From assembly GCA_041583775.1 (NCBI GenBank), contig JBFHFF010000001.1:94676-158675 (forward strand): a DNA stretch of 64,000 bases. The letters run 5' to 3'. The translations under genes and the position numbers were made by a program. Below, piece by piece: positions 19,080 to 28,813 of the stretch. Below the pieces are notes generated by a model. That model was not told where the DNA came from. It made no database searches and saw only the letters and a list, made by a program, of their open reading frames with translations. Position 1 is the stretch's first letter. Every line of letters begins with the position of its first letter. This stretch comes from Candidatus Moraniibacteriota bacterium (GTDB lineage Bacteria; Patescibacteriota; Minisyncoccia; Moranbacterales; DUUL01).

Positions 19080-20042
19080 TTATTTATCTTTATTTTTTTT
19101 AACATCTTTTTTCTTATCCTCTCTTTCAGTTTCTGTTTTCGCTTCTTGTATTTTTTCATCAGAAACACCTTTGACTGCTACTTCTTCTAATTCTTTTTCC
19201 CTTTCTTTATAATCTCTAAATCTATAAACCACTTTTCCTTTTACTCTTAAATCGACATATTCAAGTTGTGCTAAATCAATTTCTGATATCTTAACAGTTA
19301 AAATTTTTTTTAAAATTTTAACCTGCTTTTCTAAAGATCTCTCTGTCGAAAAATATATTTCCCAACCAACTTTCGTTTTGACCCTTACTTCACCCGCGAC
19401 TAAAGAAGGGATGTATAATGATTTTATATCAATCTCTATGTCAGTATCTTCTTTCATTATTTTTGGCAGCTTGTTACATAGTTCAACAATTTCAATATGA
19501 GCAACTTTATCGCCTTTTTCAACGACCCTTCCACTTCTATCAGTAATTAAAACAATATCTTCCTTCAGTTCTTTCTCTTGATTCTTTATCTCATAAAAAG
19601 CTTCTGCAATCTCATCAATCAACCAACAGCTATTGTTACTACACCAAACGAAAGAATCTTTTCTTCTTTCCACTTCCAAAACTATTTTTGATGGAAATTT
19701 TTTCTCGACTCTGACATTCCTCGTCATAATAAATTCAGTCCTAATTCCCAATTGAATTTTTTCTAGGGGTGCTATCAATAAATTATTTCTAGGGAAAAAA
19801 TCAAAATATTTTCCAGACATTTCTTTTTCAACAATTTGTCTAATTCCTATTTCATCTTCAGCAGCTCCTACAATATCAATCTCTTCGATTTGCATTGCTG
19901 GCGAAAATATAACTGTCCAAACTACTACTGCACAAAAACCAAAAAAAATAAACCAAAAAACAACTTTCTTAAATATTTCCAAAAAGGTGTTTCTCTTCTT
20001 ATTTTTTGTTTTTTTATTTACAGCAGTCTCCCTTTGAATCAT
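19080..20042 (-). CDS. ftsQ: cell division protein FtsQ/DivIB-like
   Basis: basic N-tail, single TM, POTRA-like segment (VEKKFPSKIVLEVER), C-terminal YVDLRVKGKVVY; downstream of ddl and a mur-like gene. Confidence 0.72.
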   Translation of the reverse strand: MIQRETAVNKKTKNKKRNTFLEIFKKVVFWFIFFGFCAVVVWTVIFSPAMQIEEIDIVGAAEDEIGIRQIVEKEMSGKYFDFFPRNNLLIAPLEKIQLGIRTEFIMTRNVRVEKKFPSKIVLEVERRKDSFVWCSNNSCWLIDEIAEAFYEIKNQEKELKEDIVLITDRSGRVVEKGDKVAHIEIVELCNKLPKIMKEDTDIEIDIKSLYIPSLVAGEVRVKTKVGWEIYFSTERSLEKQVKILKKILTVKISEIDLAQLEYVDLRVKGKVVYRFRDYKEREKELEEVAVKGVSDEKIQEAKTETEREDKKKDVKKNKDK

Positions 20043-20060
20043 TTAAATTTCTTTAAATCT

Positions 20061-20831
20061 TTAAGCCTTGCTCTCGTTTCTCCTGACATCTGTTTGTTCC
20101 AATTCATCTGCCACTATTTTTGCTATCACCAAAGAGTTGATATTATGTCTTCCTGGTCTTTCTATCTCAAAAAACTTTTTTTGCATCTTGTAATCAAAAG
20201 CAAAACTCTGACCGGCATCATTTTCTTTTATATTGGATATTACCGCGTCGCAAGATTTATCCTTACCAAAAATAATTGTTTTTGAGTTGGCAATACTTGC
20301 CAAATTTCTTGTTCTCACATCATCGCCATTTAAAATCAAAGTGCCATCCACTGGAATTGCTTTCGCCAATACAGCAAATTCCTTGGCAATATCATCAAGT
20401 GCTATCTCCAGTTCTGGGAAATTTCTATCAACATTTGTAACTATTGCAATCTTTGGCCTCACTAATGAAAGAAGATATTTCATATCCCCTGGACGGTCAA
20501 CTCCCATTTCCAGAACCAAAATTTTTGGAAATTTTCTAGAAAAAATCGAAATGCAAGTTCCTGTCAATAAAACATCCACCCACCTAAAAATTGAATCAAA
20601 ACCAGAAGGAAGAAATAATACTGCAAGTGGCAAACCAATTTCAGTATTGAAACTTTTCGGATTTCCACGAACATTCGTATCGCGCCCCAATTCATCCAGA
20701 ATAGATTCCTTAACAAAAGTTTTATTTGTAGTTCCAGCAACAGCTATCACAAAAGGCTTGTGTCGCAATAAAACAATTTTAGTTAACCATTTTAGATAAA
20801 ATTGAACTATCACCTTAAAAATTTTTTTCAT
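20061..20831 (-). CDS. truncated MurF-like Mur ligase (central domain only, altered P-loop)
   Basis: VIAVAGTTNKT, SFNTEIGLPL, LVLEMGVDRPGDM, LILNGDD; no C-terminal domain. Confidence 0.75.
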   Translation of the reverse strand: MKKIFKVIVQFYLKWLTKIVLLRHKPFVIAVAGTTNKTFVKESILDELGRDTNVRGNPKSFNTEIGLPLAVLFLPSGFDSIFRWVDVLLTGTCISIFSRKFPKILVLEMGVDRPGDMKYLLSLVRPKIAIVTNVDRNFPELEIALDDIAKEFAVLAKAIPVDGTLILNGDDVRTRNLASIANSKTIIFGKDKSCDAVISNIKENDAGQSFAFDYKMQKKFFEIERPGRHNINSLVIAKIVADELEQTDVRRNESKA

Positions 20832-20847
20832 TTATTTTTCAAAAAAA

Positions 20848-22068
20848 TTATTTTATGGAATCAATAAATTTACCAATTCTTCTCATTGCTTTTTCAATAT
20901 TTTCTTTTCGACGCCCAAAACAAAACCTCAAGTGACCCTCTCCTTTTTTCCCAAAAGCTATGCCGGGAACAAGAGCAACTTTTGCGCTATTCAACAATTC
21001 AATTGCAAATCTCCAAGAAATTGAATTTTTCTGATAATCCTTTAAATCATTCTTGTTATTACTTTTTTTATTTTCATATTTCTCAAAAGCTGTAATTAAT
21101 TTATCAGTCATTTTAGGAAAAACAAAATAAGCCGAAGAAGGATCTTGGTATTCAAACCAATCACTTAATTTATCCAATTCCTCACAAAGAAAATCTCTTC
21201 TTTGTCTGAAAATTTCTTTATATTTAATAACAACACCGTCAGCCATCTCTAGCGCAGCTAAAGCACCCCACTGAGAAACAACTGGCGCACATGTCACCAA
21301 AGAATCATGGACTCCAAGAATTTTTTCAGCCAATTCTTTATCCGCAGCCAAATAAGCAACTCTCCACCCAGTCATTGCATATGACTTAGAAAAAGAAAAA
21401 ATATAAATGAACCTCTTTCGAAGAGCTGAAAATTGTGCTAACGAAAAAAAATCTTTATTAGAATAAATAAAATCTTTATATACTTCATCTGCTAGAATAT
21501 AAAGATTGTACATTTGTGCAAGCTCTGCAAGTTGCATTAATTGTTCTTGAGAAAAAACCGTACCAGTTGGATTGTTTGGATTACAATATAAGATTGCTTT
21601 TGTTTTTGAAGTGACTCTCTTTTTAAATTCTTCGATATCGAAATCCCAACTATTTTCTTCCTCAAGAGGCACAAAAACAGGAATCCCCCTAGCGGTCTTA
21701 ATGGCAGACTGATAAGAAGTGTAGGTTGGATCAGGAACCAAGACCTCATCTCCTGGTTCTAAAATTGTTAACAAACTGGCTGTAATAGCCTCAATTGAAC
21801 CAGCAGTAACAATTATTTCTTTCTCGAAATCATAGAAAATATTTCTTTTCGCCAAACTATATTCTATTGCTTCTCGCAATTCTAAGATTCCAGGAGCCAG
21901 AGAATATCTAGCTACTCTTCCATCCTCAATAGCCTCAATAGCCCTCTTTTTAACACAAAGCGGTGTATCGAAACTTGGTATTCCTTGAGCTAGCGAAACT
22001 ACACCTGGAATTCGTGAGCTAAGAATTTCTATCTCTTTTATTGGAGATATTCTATTTTCATCTTTCAC
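20848..22068 (-). CDS. PLP-dependent class I/II aminotransferase
   Basis: SLAQGIPSF, NPNNPTG, LADEVY, SFSKSYAMTGWRV (PLP lysine), LRFCF. Confidence 0.93.
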   Translation of the reverse strand: MKDENRISPIKEIEILSSRIPGVVSLAQGIPSFDTPLCVKKRAIEAIEDGRVARYSLAPGILELREAIEYSLAKRNIFYDFEKEIIVTAGSIEAITASLLTILEPGDEVLVPDPTYTSYQSAIKTARGIPVFVPLEEENSWDFDIEEFKKRVTSKTKAILYCNPNNPTGTVFSQEQLMQLAELAQMYNLYILADEVYKDFIYSNKDFFSLAQFSALRKRFIYIFSFSKSYAMTGWRVAYLAADKELAEKILGVHDSLVTCAPVVSQWGALAALEMADGVVIKYKEIFRQRRDFLCEELDKLSDWFEYQDPSSAYFVFPKMTDKLITAFEKYENKKSNNKNDLKDYQKNSISWRFAIELLNSAKVALVPGIAFGKKGEGHLRFCFGRRKENIEKAMRRIGKFIDSIK

Positions 22069-22151
22069 CTGAAATTTTGTTTCATTTCTTATAATATAAA
22101 TTATAGCAAAAAATCACATTCTGTCTATTTCTTAGGCGAAAAAAGATATAT

Positions 22152-23090
22152 CTATTTATCAATTTCCATCTCAATAAGTTTATCTAATAACACTGGAAAT
22201 TCCATCCCAGCAGCTTTTGCAGATTTTGGTGCAAGTGAGGTTACTGTCATTCCTGGAATTGTATTTATTTCTAAAAAATAGATCTTGTCGCTTTTATTAT
22301 CCCAAATAAAATCAACTCTTGCTAAATTTTTACAACCAATGGCGCCAAAGACTTTAACAGCCATCTTTTGTAATTCATCACGAATTTCATCAATAATTTC
22401 AGCTGGGCAAATTTCATCACAAGCCCCTGCAACATATTTTGATTTATAATCAAACCACTGGGAATTTTTAGGCACAATCTCAATCACTGGAAAAGCTTTG
22501 GGGTTTTCCTTTCCCATAACCAAAACAGTTAGTTCTCTACCTTTAATATATTGCTCAAACATTACAACTTTATCATATTTAAAAGCAGTTGAAATTCCTT
22601 CTGCTAATTCTTCCTTGTTTTTAGCAATTGAAATTCCCACAGAAGAACCAAGCTCTACTGGTTTAATCACAACCGGAAAGCCCAAAAATTCTATTTCCTT
22701 TTTCCTATCTTCTATTTCATGCTTTTTAACAGTCACTGCCTTTGCCACTTTTAAACCTGCTTCTCTAGCAATTATTTTTGCTTTAGCTTTATTCATAGCA
22801 AGGGCGCTGGCAAGGCAACCAGAGAAAATATAAGGCACTCCGATCATATCCATCAATCCCTGTAATTTTCCATCTTCACCAAATGGACCATGAAGAGCAG
22901 GGAACACAAGATTAAATTTTTTCGAAAAAGCATCTAGGATAAATTTTTTCAATTCCATTTCTGGGTCATAACGAAAAATTTCATATTTATTCTTATCAAG
23001 CGCATCGAAAATCTGTTTACCTGTATCCAAAGAAATCTCCCTTTCACCAGAAATTCCACCAGCTAACAATGCTATTCTTATTTTCCCCAT
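22152..23090 (-). CDS. ddl: D-alanine--D-alanine ligase
   Basis: GGISGEREISL, LHGPFGEDG, GSSVG, FDYKSKY, EINTIPGMT. Confidence 0.96.
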   Translation of the reverse strand: MGKIRIALLAGGISGEREISLDTGKQIFDALDKNKYEIFRYDPEMELKKFILDAFSKKFNLVFPALHGPFGEDGKLQGLMDMIGVPYIFSGCLASALAMNKAKAKIIAREAGLKVAKAVTVKKHEIEDRKKEIEFLGFPVVIKPVELGSSVGISIAKNKEELAEGISTAFKYDKVVMFEQYIKGRELTVLVMGKENPKAFPVIEIVPKNSQWFDYKSKYVAGACDEICPAEIIDEIRDELQKMAVKVFGAIGCKNLARVDFIWDNKSDKIYFLEINTIPGMTVTSLAPKSAKAAGMEFPVLLDKLIEMEIDK

Positions 23091-23134
23091 TTTTTAGTAT
23101 TTATTTTTTAATATTAATCAAAGGATAATCTTTT

Positions 23135-23162
23135 AAAAAACTCACCTGGAGATGAGTTTTTT
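23135..23162 (-). terminator. terminator after serS
   Basis: AAAAAACTCA..TGAGTTTTTT inverted repeat. Confidence 0.5.
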
Positions 23163-23167
23163 ATTTT

Positions 23168-24487
23168 TTATTTTTTATTTTCAATTTTCTCGATGTTACC
23201 AGGCATATATTTCCGTAAAACATTGGGGATTACGACTGAACCATCGGCCTGCTGAAAATTTTCTAAGATTGCAATGATAAATCTTGGGGAAGGAATCGCT
23301 GTATTGTTCAACATAAATACATTTTTTCGATTACCCTCTTCGTCTTTATACTTTACATTTAATCTTCGTGATTGCCAGTCCAAAAAATTTGACGCACTTC
23401 CAGTCTCTCCATATCCATTCCTTGAAGGCATCCAAACTTCCATATCAAACATACGATACTTTCCTGCACTCATATCACCTGTACAAATTTCCAAAACTCG
23501 ATATGGTAAACCAATTTCCCTGTGAAGCTCCTTAGAAATATCCAACATTTCTCTATGTAATTTTTCAGCCTTTTCAATATCGGCTTCACAAATACAAACC
23601 TGCTCTACCTTCATAAATTCATGCACTCTATAAAGACCTTTAGTGTCTTTCCCATATGAACCAATCTCACTTCGATAGCATTGAGAAAATCCACACATTT
23701 TTAAAGGCAACCTATTTTTTTCCAAAACTTCATTTGAATAATACGCCAGGAGTGATGGCTCTGCTGTTCCGATTAAAAATTTATTTTCTTTATTTGATTT
23801 TCCATCTGCCTCAATTTCTTTATTTTCTATTTTATAAATTTCATCTTTTTTTTCATCGAATTTTTTTCCAGTAAAATATCCACTTCCAAAAAGTACACTT
23901 TCTTTTACAAGTGTCGGTGGGATCATTGGTATAAAACCTTTTTGCACCAACTTCTCCAAAGCATACATCATCAGTGCCAATTGCAATCCAGCACCTTCGT
24001 TTTTCATATAATATCCCCTATATCCAGACACTTTTACACCTCTTTCAAAATCAATAATGTCCAAATCCTTCCCAAGCTGAATGTGATTCTTAGGCTCAAA
24101 ATCAAATTTTTTTGATTCTCCCGCCTTTTCAATTTCCACATTTTCGGTTTCATCTTTTCCAACAGGAACATCTTTCGCGGTCACTGTTGGCACCTGCACC
24201 ATCAACTCTTCATATTCCACATCAACTATTCGTAGTTCTTCTTCAAATTTTGAGATTTCTATTTTTAATTTTTTACCCTTTTCAATTTGCTCCTCGGATG
24301 GGCGCATTCCTTTGGCAGAATTTGCAAGTTCATTTCTCTCTGCACGCAATTGATCCATTTTTGTCATAATTTCTCGCCTTTTTTCATCAAGCGCCAAAAG
24401 TTTTTCCAAATCAATTTTAATATTTTTATTTCTAGCAGCCTCAGCTACTGCTTCTTGATTTTCTCTTATATATTTTATGTCCAACAT
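23168..24487 (-). CDS. serS: seryl-tRNA synthetase
   Basis: MLDIKYIR, N-terminal coiled coil, GTAE, YRSEIG, GLYRVHEFMKVE, LNNT. Confidence 0.97.
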   Translation of the reverse strand: MLDIKYIRENQEAVAEAARNKNIKIDLEKLLALDEKRREIMTKMDQLRAERNELANSAKGMRPSEEQIEKGKKLKIEISKFEEELRIVDVEYEELMVQVPTVTAKDVPVGKDETENVEIEKAGESKKFDFEPKNHIQLGKDLDIIDFERGVKVSGYRGYYMKNEGAGLQLALMMYALEKLVQKGFIPMIPPTLVKESVLFGSGYFTGKKFDEKKDEIYKIENKEIEADGKSNKENKFLIGTAEPSLLAYYSNEVLEKNRLPLKMCGFSQCYRSEIGSYGKDTKGLYRVHEFMKVEQVCICEADIEKAEKLHREMLDISKELHREIGLPYRVLEICTGDMSAGKYRMFDMEVWMPSRNGYGETGSASNFLDWQSRRLNVKYKDEEGNRKNVFMLNNTAIPSPRFIIAILENFQQADGSVVIPNVLRKYMPGNIEKIENKK

Positions 24488-24773
24488 CTTTTTGATTTTA
24501 AATTTAAAATAATTTTACTCAACTTTTTATTTATGGGATTAAAACCATAAAAAATATTTCTAAATATTCCCTTTCAGGATGACATATGTAAAATGTTTTT
24601 TTCGATAAAACTAACTGTATTCATAATGTCTTTATTTTTACACATTTAAAAGGTAATTTCAAGTAATTAAAGTTCTCTTAAGCCAATATTTCTATTCAAA
24701 CAGTTTCTTTACCTCACCATTTTAATTAAATAGTGAATCTTTTTTAGTTTTATTAAGCGAATCAAATCAAACT

Positions 24774-24805
24774 AAACAAAAAACCGCGATCACGGTTTTT
24801 TGTTT
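24774..24805. terminator. bidirectional terminator downstream of the pilin fusion gene
   Basis: AAACAAAAAACCG-cgatca-CGGTTTTTTGTTT. Confidence 0.7.
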
Positions 24806-24837
24806 TTATTCTACTAACTTGACTAAAAATATCTTGC

Positions 24838-25863
24838 CTAATTACAATTATAACAAACATCCCAATGAGTATCCTCTCTTGCATAAATATTACCATCGCT
24901 ATCTTCATACATAACAGCGCCATCACCTCGAACGCCAGCAGGAGTAAAATTTGCCACAATATAATTATTAACTGCTAGTGTGTCTTCTATGTCCACTTTG
25001 TAACCATTCGCATGAGAAAATGTTGCCGTAGTATTATGCACAGTTGATGTCTCTGCTCCACCAGTTATGATAATTGGAGCTCCAACCTGACTTTGAAAAT
25101 CAATCACACCTTGAGTAGTAGCTGGCAAAAGATTTGACACATTGGTAGCACCAGGGCTTGATTCCCAAACGGTAATATCATATGGAATCAAAGCATCTCT
25201 CGCATTTTGTTCATTCAAATCACTTGACACACTGCCAGTTGTTCCTGTGGTCCCCGTTGTTCCTGTTGCTCCTGTTAATCCAGTTGTTGCCAATACAGCA
25301 GAGCTTGGAGCAGCAGTATCAAAAACACTATCACTAACGCATTGAAATTCATACCAGCGTCCGCCAGAACCAACTCCAAGAAAAGACTCATTAGCAGAAA
25401 TAAAAACCAAAATAGTATAAACAAGTAACCAAGAAAGAAGAAATCCCGCAAAACCCATCAGAGTTTTTGAAATAATTCCCTTAGCGATTGTTACTGTTCC
25501 TGGATTTCCAGCTGACACTAGATAGGTAACCCCTCCGATCGTAAGAGATAATAAAGCTAATATAATTATCCAGGCAAACATCAAATCAAAAATATTCTTT
25601 ACCATTATAAGCAAATGGCAAACCGTGCAACTTTTTTGTTCGTCATAAGGAGTCCTGCTGTCATCGCAACTTCTTCCGCAAGGCACAATAGCTCTGTCAA
25701 ATTGCAAAATACTCACACCAGCTATTCCTTCTGAAGGAGCCTTAGTTCCAGCACAATCAAGGGCTTTAGCTGTTAAAGGAGCGCCAAAAAAACATCCCGC
25801 AAAAAGAAAGATTGCCAATCCCGAGAAGAAAAAATTTCTGAGATTTTTAATTTTTATTTTCAT
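24838..25863 (-). CDS. CPR VirB2/TrbC-like pilin fused to a putative M15/LAS zinc peptidase domain
   Basis: signal peptide; IVPCGR..CTVCHL; TM-IGGVTYLVSAG..AKGIISKTLMG-TM; Thr/Gly linker; SHANGYKVD and EDTH motifs. Confidence 0.7.
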   Translation of the reverse strand: MKIKIKNLRNFFFSGLAIFLFAGCFFGAPLTAKALDCAGTKAPSEGIAGVSILQFDRAIVPCGRSCDDSRTPYDEQKSCTVCHLLIMVKNIFDLMFAWIIILALLSLTIGGVTYLVSAGNPGTVTIAKGIISKTLMGFAGFLLSWLLVYTILVFISANESFLGVGSGGRWYEFQCVSDSVFDTAAPSSAVLATTGLTGATGTTGTTGTTGSVSSDLNEQNARDALIPYDITVWESSPGATNVSNLLPATTQGVIDFQSQVGAPIIITGGAETSTVHNTTATFSHANGYKVDIEDTLAVNNYIVANFTPAGVRGDGAVMYEDSDGNIYAREDTHWDVCYNCN

Positions 25864-25915
25864 CTTTTTTTATTTTTTATATATAATTTATAATGAAATA
25901 TTAACTAGTTTTGTT

Positions 25916-27385
25916 TTAGCCAAGTTTTTTTATTTTTTCAATAGAAAGATTTTTTGGTTTCATAAGTGGAAAAATTTGACACTCTCTTGATGAACGATCC
26001 ATTAAAAAAGAAAATACTCGTTCGCTCATTCCGAAACCACAAGTTGGTGGCATTCCATACTCCAAAGCTTCCACAAAGTCTTGATCGTGCATCTGGGCTT
26101 CAGCGTCACCCTCATCTCTCAATTTTTGTTGTTTAGCGAATCTTTCCGCTTGATCGACTGGATCATTCAACTCCGAATAACCGTTGCCGAGTTCACTCCC
26201 AGCAACAATTGGCTGAAAGCGTTGTGTAACGCTAGGATTTTCAACATCTTTTTTCGCAAGCGGAGAGACTGCTAACGGCACTCCCACCAAGAATCCAGGC
26301 CCTGCAATTGACTTTCTGCAATATTTCCAAAGATTATCAATTGCTCGAGTTATATTAAACCCTTTTTTGTCATATTCAACACCAAGCTCTTTCAACTTTT
26401 TTTCAATTTCATTAATAGTTGCAGAACTTACATCAATACCCGTCTTCTCTTTAATAGTTTCCGTATAATCATATCTCTCCCATTTCTTTGAAAAATCAAC
26501 ATCAAAGCCCTTAATTTTGAATTGCAAAGTTCCAAAAGTTTTTTCTGCAATATATTTATATAATTCTTCAACAAGCTCCATCCCTTTTTCATAATTTGCA
26601 TATGCCCAATAAAACTCCATCTGTGTATAGTCTTGTAAATGTTCTGCATCCATACCTTCATTTCTAAATTGCCTTCCAATTTCAAAAGTTTTTTCAAGCC
26701 CTCCAACCATAAGGCGCTTCTGCCAAAGCTCTCCCATTGAAATTCTTAAATACACATCCATATCCAGTGCATTGTGGTGTGTTTCAAACGGTTCAGCGTC
26801 TGCTCCGCCAGCCGAAGTTTCTAGTACTGGCGTTTCCACTTCAATAAAACCCTTTTCCATCAAAAATCCGCGCACCGCATTCCAAAAAATACTTCTTTTA
26901 TAAATTATATCTTTAGTTTCTTCATTAAATAATATGTCTAAATATCTTTTTCGAAAAAGTTCATCTCCATCTTGCAATGCCTTATGTTTATCAGGCATCG
27001 GCAAAATTGATTTCGTTAATAAAGTCAACTTACTTGCCAAAACAGATTTTTCTCCTTTATGAGTATCAAATCTTTTCCCTTTAACGGCAATAAAATCACC
27101 AATATCAAGATTCTTAACCCATAATTTATAGTCTCCTTCAAATTCTTTTTTATTCAAAACAACCTGCATTCTACCACTCTCATCTTGCAAATGCATAAAA
27201 GTTAAATTTCCCATATTTCGAAAGAGCATTATTCTCCCAGCGATGGACACTCCTTCTTCTACTTTTTTCTCAAAAACATCTTTTAAATTTTCTTTTTCAA
27301 AAGGACCCGCAGGATATGGATCAATTCCTGCCTCCTTAAAGTTATTCAACTTTCTAATCTTGTCTTGCTTAATGTTCTCTAGCAT
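25916..27385 (-). CDS. lysS: lysyl-tRNA synthetase class II
   Basis: OB fold (AGRIMLFRNMG), EVETPVL, YLRISMGE, FRNEGMD, ALEYGMPPTCG. Confidence 0.97.
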   Translation of the reverse strand: MLENIKQDKIRKLNNFKEAGIDPYPAGPFEKENLKDVFEKKVEEGVSIAGRIMLFRNMGNLTFMHLQDESGRMQVVLNKKEFEGDYKLWVKNLDIGDFIAVKGKRFDTHKGEKSVLASKLTLLTKSILPMPDKHKALQDGDELFRKRYLDILFNEETKDIIYKRSIFWNAVRGFLMEKGFIEVETPVLETSAGGADAEPFETHHNALDMDVYLRISMGELWQKRLMVGGLEKTFEIGRQFRNEGMDAEHLQDYTQMEFYWAYANYEKGMELVEELYKYIAEKTFGTLQFKIKGFDVDFSKKWERYDYTETIKEKTGIDVSSATINEIEKKLKELGVEYDKKGFNITRAIDNLWKYCRKSIAGPGFLVGVPLAVSPLAKKDVENPSVTQRFQPIVAGSELGNGYSELNDPVDQAERFAKQQKLRDEGDAEAQMHDQDFVEALEYGMPPTCGFGMSERVFSFLMDRSSRECQIFPLMKPKNLSIEKIKKLG

Positions 27386-27527
27386 TGGAAACTGCTTTAA
27401 AGGATTTTAATCTTCTCCCCTTTAAATAAAGGAAAAATACAACTTAACTTTAACAAGAAAATCAATTGCTGTCCAGCCTATTTACAAGCAAAGACTCTTA
27501 TCTTAATATTGATATCTACTGAACTGC

Positions 27528-28757
27528 TCAGCTGTGAATAACTATCAACATCCCAACCGTCGCAAAGTCATAAACTGTTTTTGCGGTACCAATCCCCAAT
27601 CTTACGCATCCATGAGAAACAGGAATTCCTAAATGATTTGTACCTTCTTTGTATCCACTTGGCCATTCTGGCAACTCATGAATTCCATGCCCTTGATTTG
27701 TAAATTGAATAAACCAGGGCATATAAAGGCCATATTTTTTCGACCAAGGTCTTTTTGCTTTTGCCATAACTTTAAAAGTTCCTTTTGGCGTATCCATTCC
27801 CCATTTACCAGACGAGACCTTGAAGGCGCCCTCTTCTTTTCCATTATTAAAAATAAACATTGTTTGAGAAGAAAGATCAATGTCAATATATTTTCCTTCT
27901 AATATTTGAGGTTCTACTTCTTCCAATCTTTCTTCTGTCTTTACCGGTTCATTATTTTTCGCATAGTTATAAAAAACAGGCGGTGGAAATTTGGTCGTAA
28001 AACTTCCTTGATATATTTCCCTGGAGAAATCAAGATAATTATGTTTTAACTGCAGGTTTATTGTATATTGAGTTTTTTTATCCATCTTTTCCTCTGGTGT
28101 AATTATCAATTGTGTACCAGAATCATTAAATTTATGATTAAATTTTGTTGTCATTGGAACAATTTTCACCTCCATATTAAAAGGATCTTTGATTGCCCTA
28201 TCAAAATCAATAGTAATGTGATCCGAGACATCAATATCCTCTTGTCCATCAGAAGGATACACTTCTCTTAATTCAGGAATAAAAGTTGATGTTATCTTCT
28301 TCGTAAATTTTTGTTGTGGCACATAGAACTGTGTCTTTGCTCCATCAATGGTCAATTCGTAAGTTGTTTCTGGAAAGGGAGGCTCTAGGAGTGTAATGGA
28401 AAAAATATTTGAATTTTCCCAACTTGTTTTTATTTTCAACGCCGGTTCGATTTTCATCGACTCTTCAACGCTTCGTTCCAACATTTTAGTTGAAAAATTT
28501 AAAATAATTGTATCTCCCAATTTCACATTTCCAGCATTACTAATCAAAACATCAACATCTTTCTCTTGCTTGTATAACTTAAGCCCCATTATTATGCCTG
28601 CAATAATAACTACAATAAGGATATAAAATGCCATGCCTTGAAAAATGACACTAAAATAAGAAAACTTCTCCTGCTTTTTATTTTTTTTACCCACTAAATT
28701 CATTTCTTGTTTTTTATTTTTCTCCCTATCCAAAAAGGAATTTGTTATTATTACCAA
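27528..28757 (-). CDS. membrane-anchored L,D-transpeptidase with Ig-like domains
   Basis: TM, two Big_5-like domains, YkuD domain (VSSGK..TPKG, GIHE..SHGCVRL); true start may be the downstream MNLVG. Confidence 0.9.
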   Translation of the reverse strand: MVIITNSFLDREKNKKQEMNLVGKKNKKQEKFSYFSVIFQGMAFYILIVVIIAGIIMGLKLYKQEKDVDVLISNAGNVKLGDTIILNFSTKMLERSVEESMKIEPALKIKTSWENSNIFSITLLEPPFPETTYELTIDGAKTQFYVPQQKFTKKITSTFIPELREVYPSDGQEDIDVSDHITIDFDRAIKDPFNMEVKIVPMTTKFNHKFNDSGTQLIITPEEKMDKKTQYTINLQLKHNYLDFSREIYQGSFTTKFPPPVFYNYAKNNEPVKTEERLEEVEPQILEGKYIDIDLSSQTMFIFNNGKEEGAFKVSSGKWGMDTPKGTFKVMAKAKRPWSKKYGLYMPWFIQFTNQGHGIHELPEWPSGYKEGTNHLGIPVSHGCVRLGIGTAKTVYDFATVGMLIVIHS

Positions 28758-28813
28758 TCATAACATTTTGAGAAATGCTTTTCCAAGTGCAAAAGATATT
28801 CACATTTAAAAAA

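Noticed and set aside
24488-24770. T-box leader upstream of serS (also checked upstream of lysS)
   Set aside because: No GGTGGNACCGCG T-box core is visible on the coding strand
25230-25290. Short tandem DNA repeat as a mini-array
   Set aside because: It encodes the Thr-Gly linker of the pilin fusion
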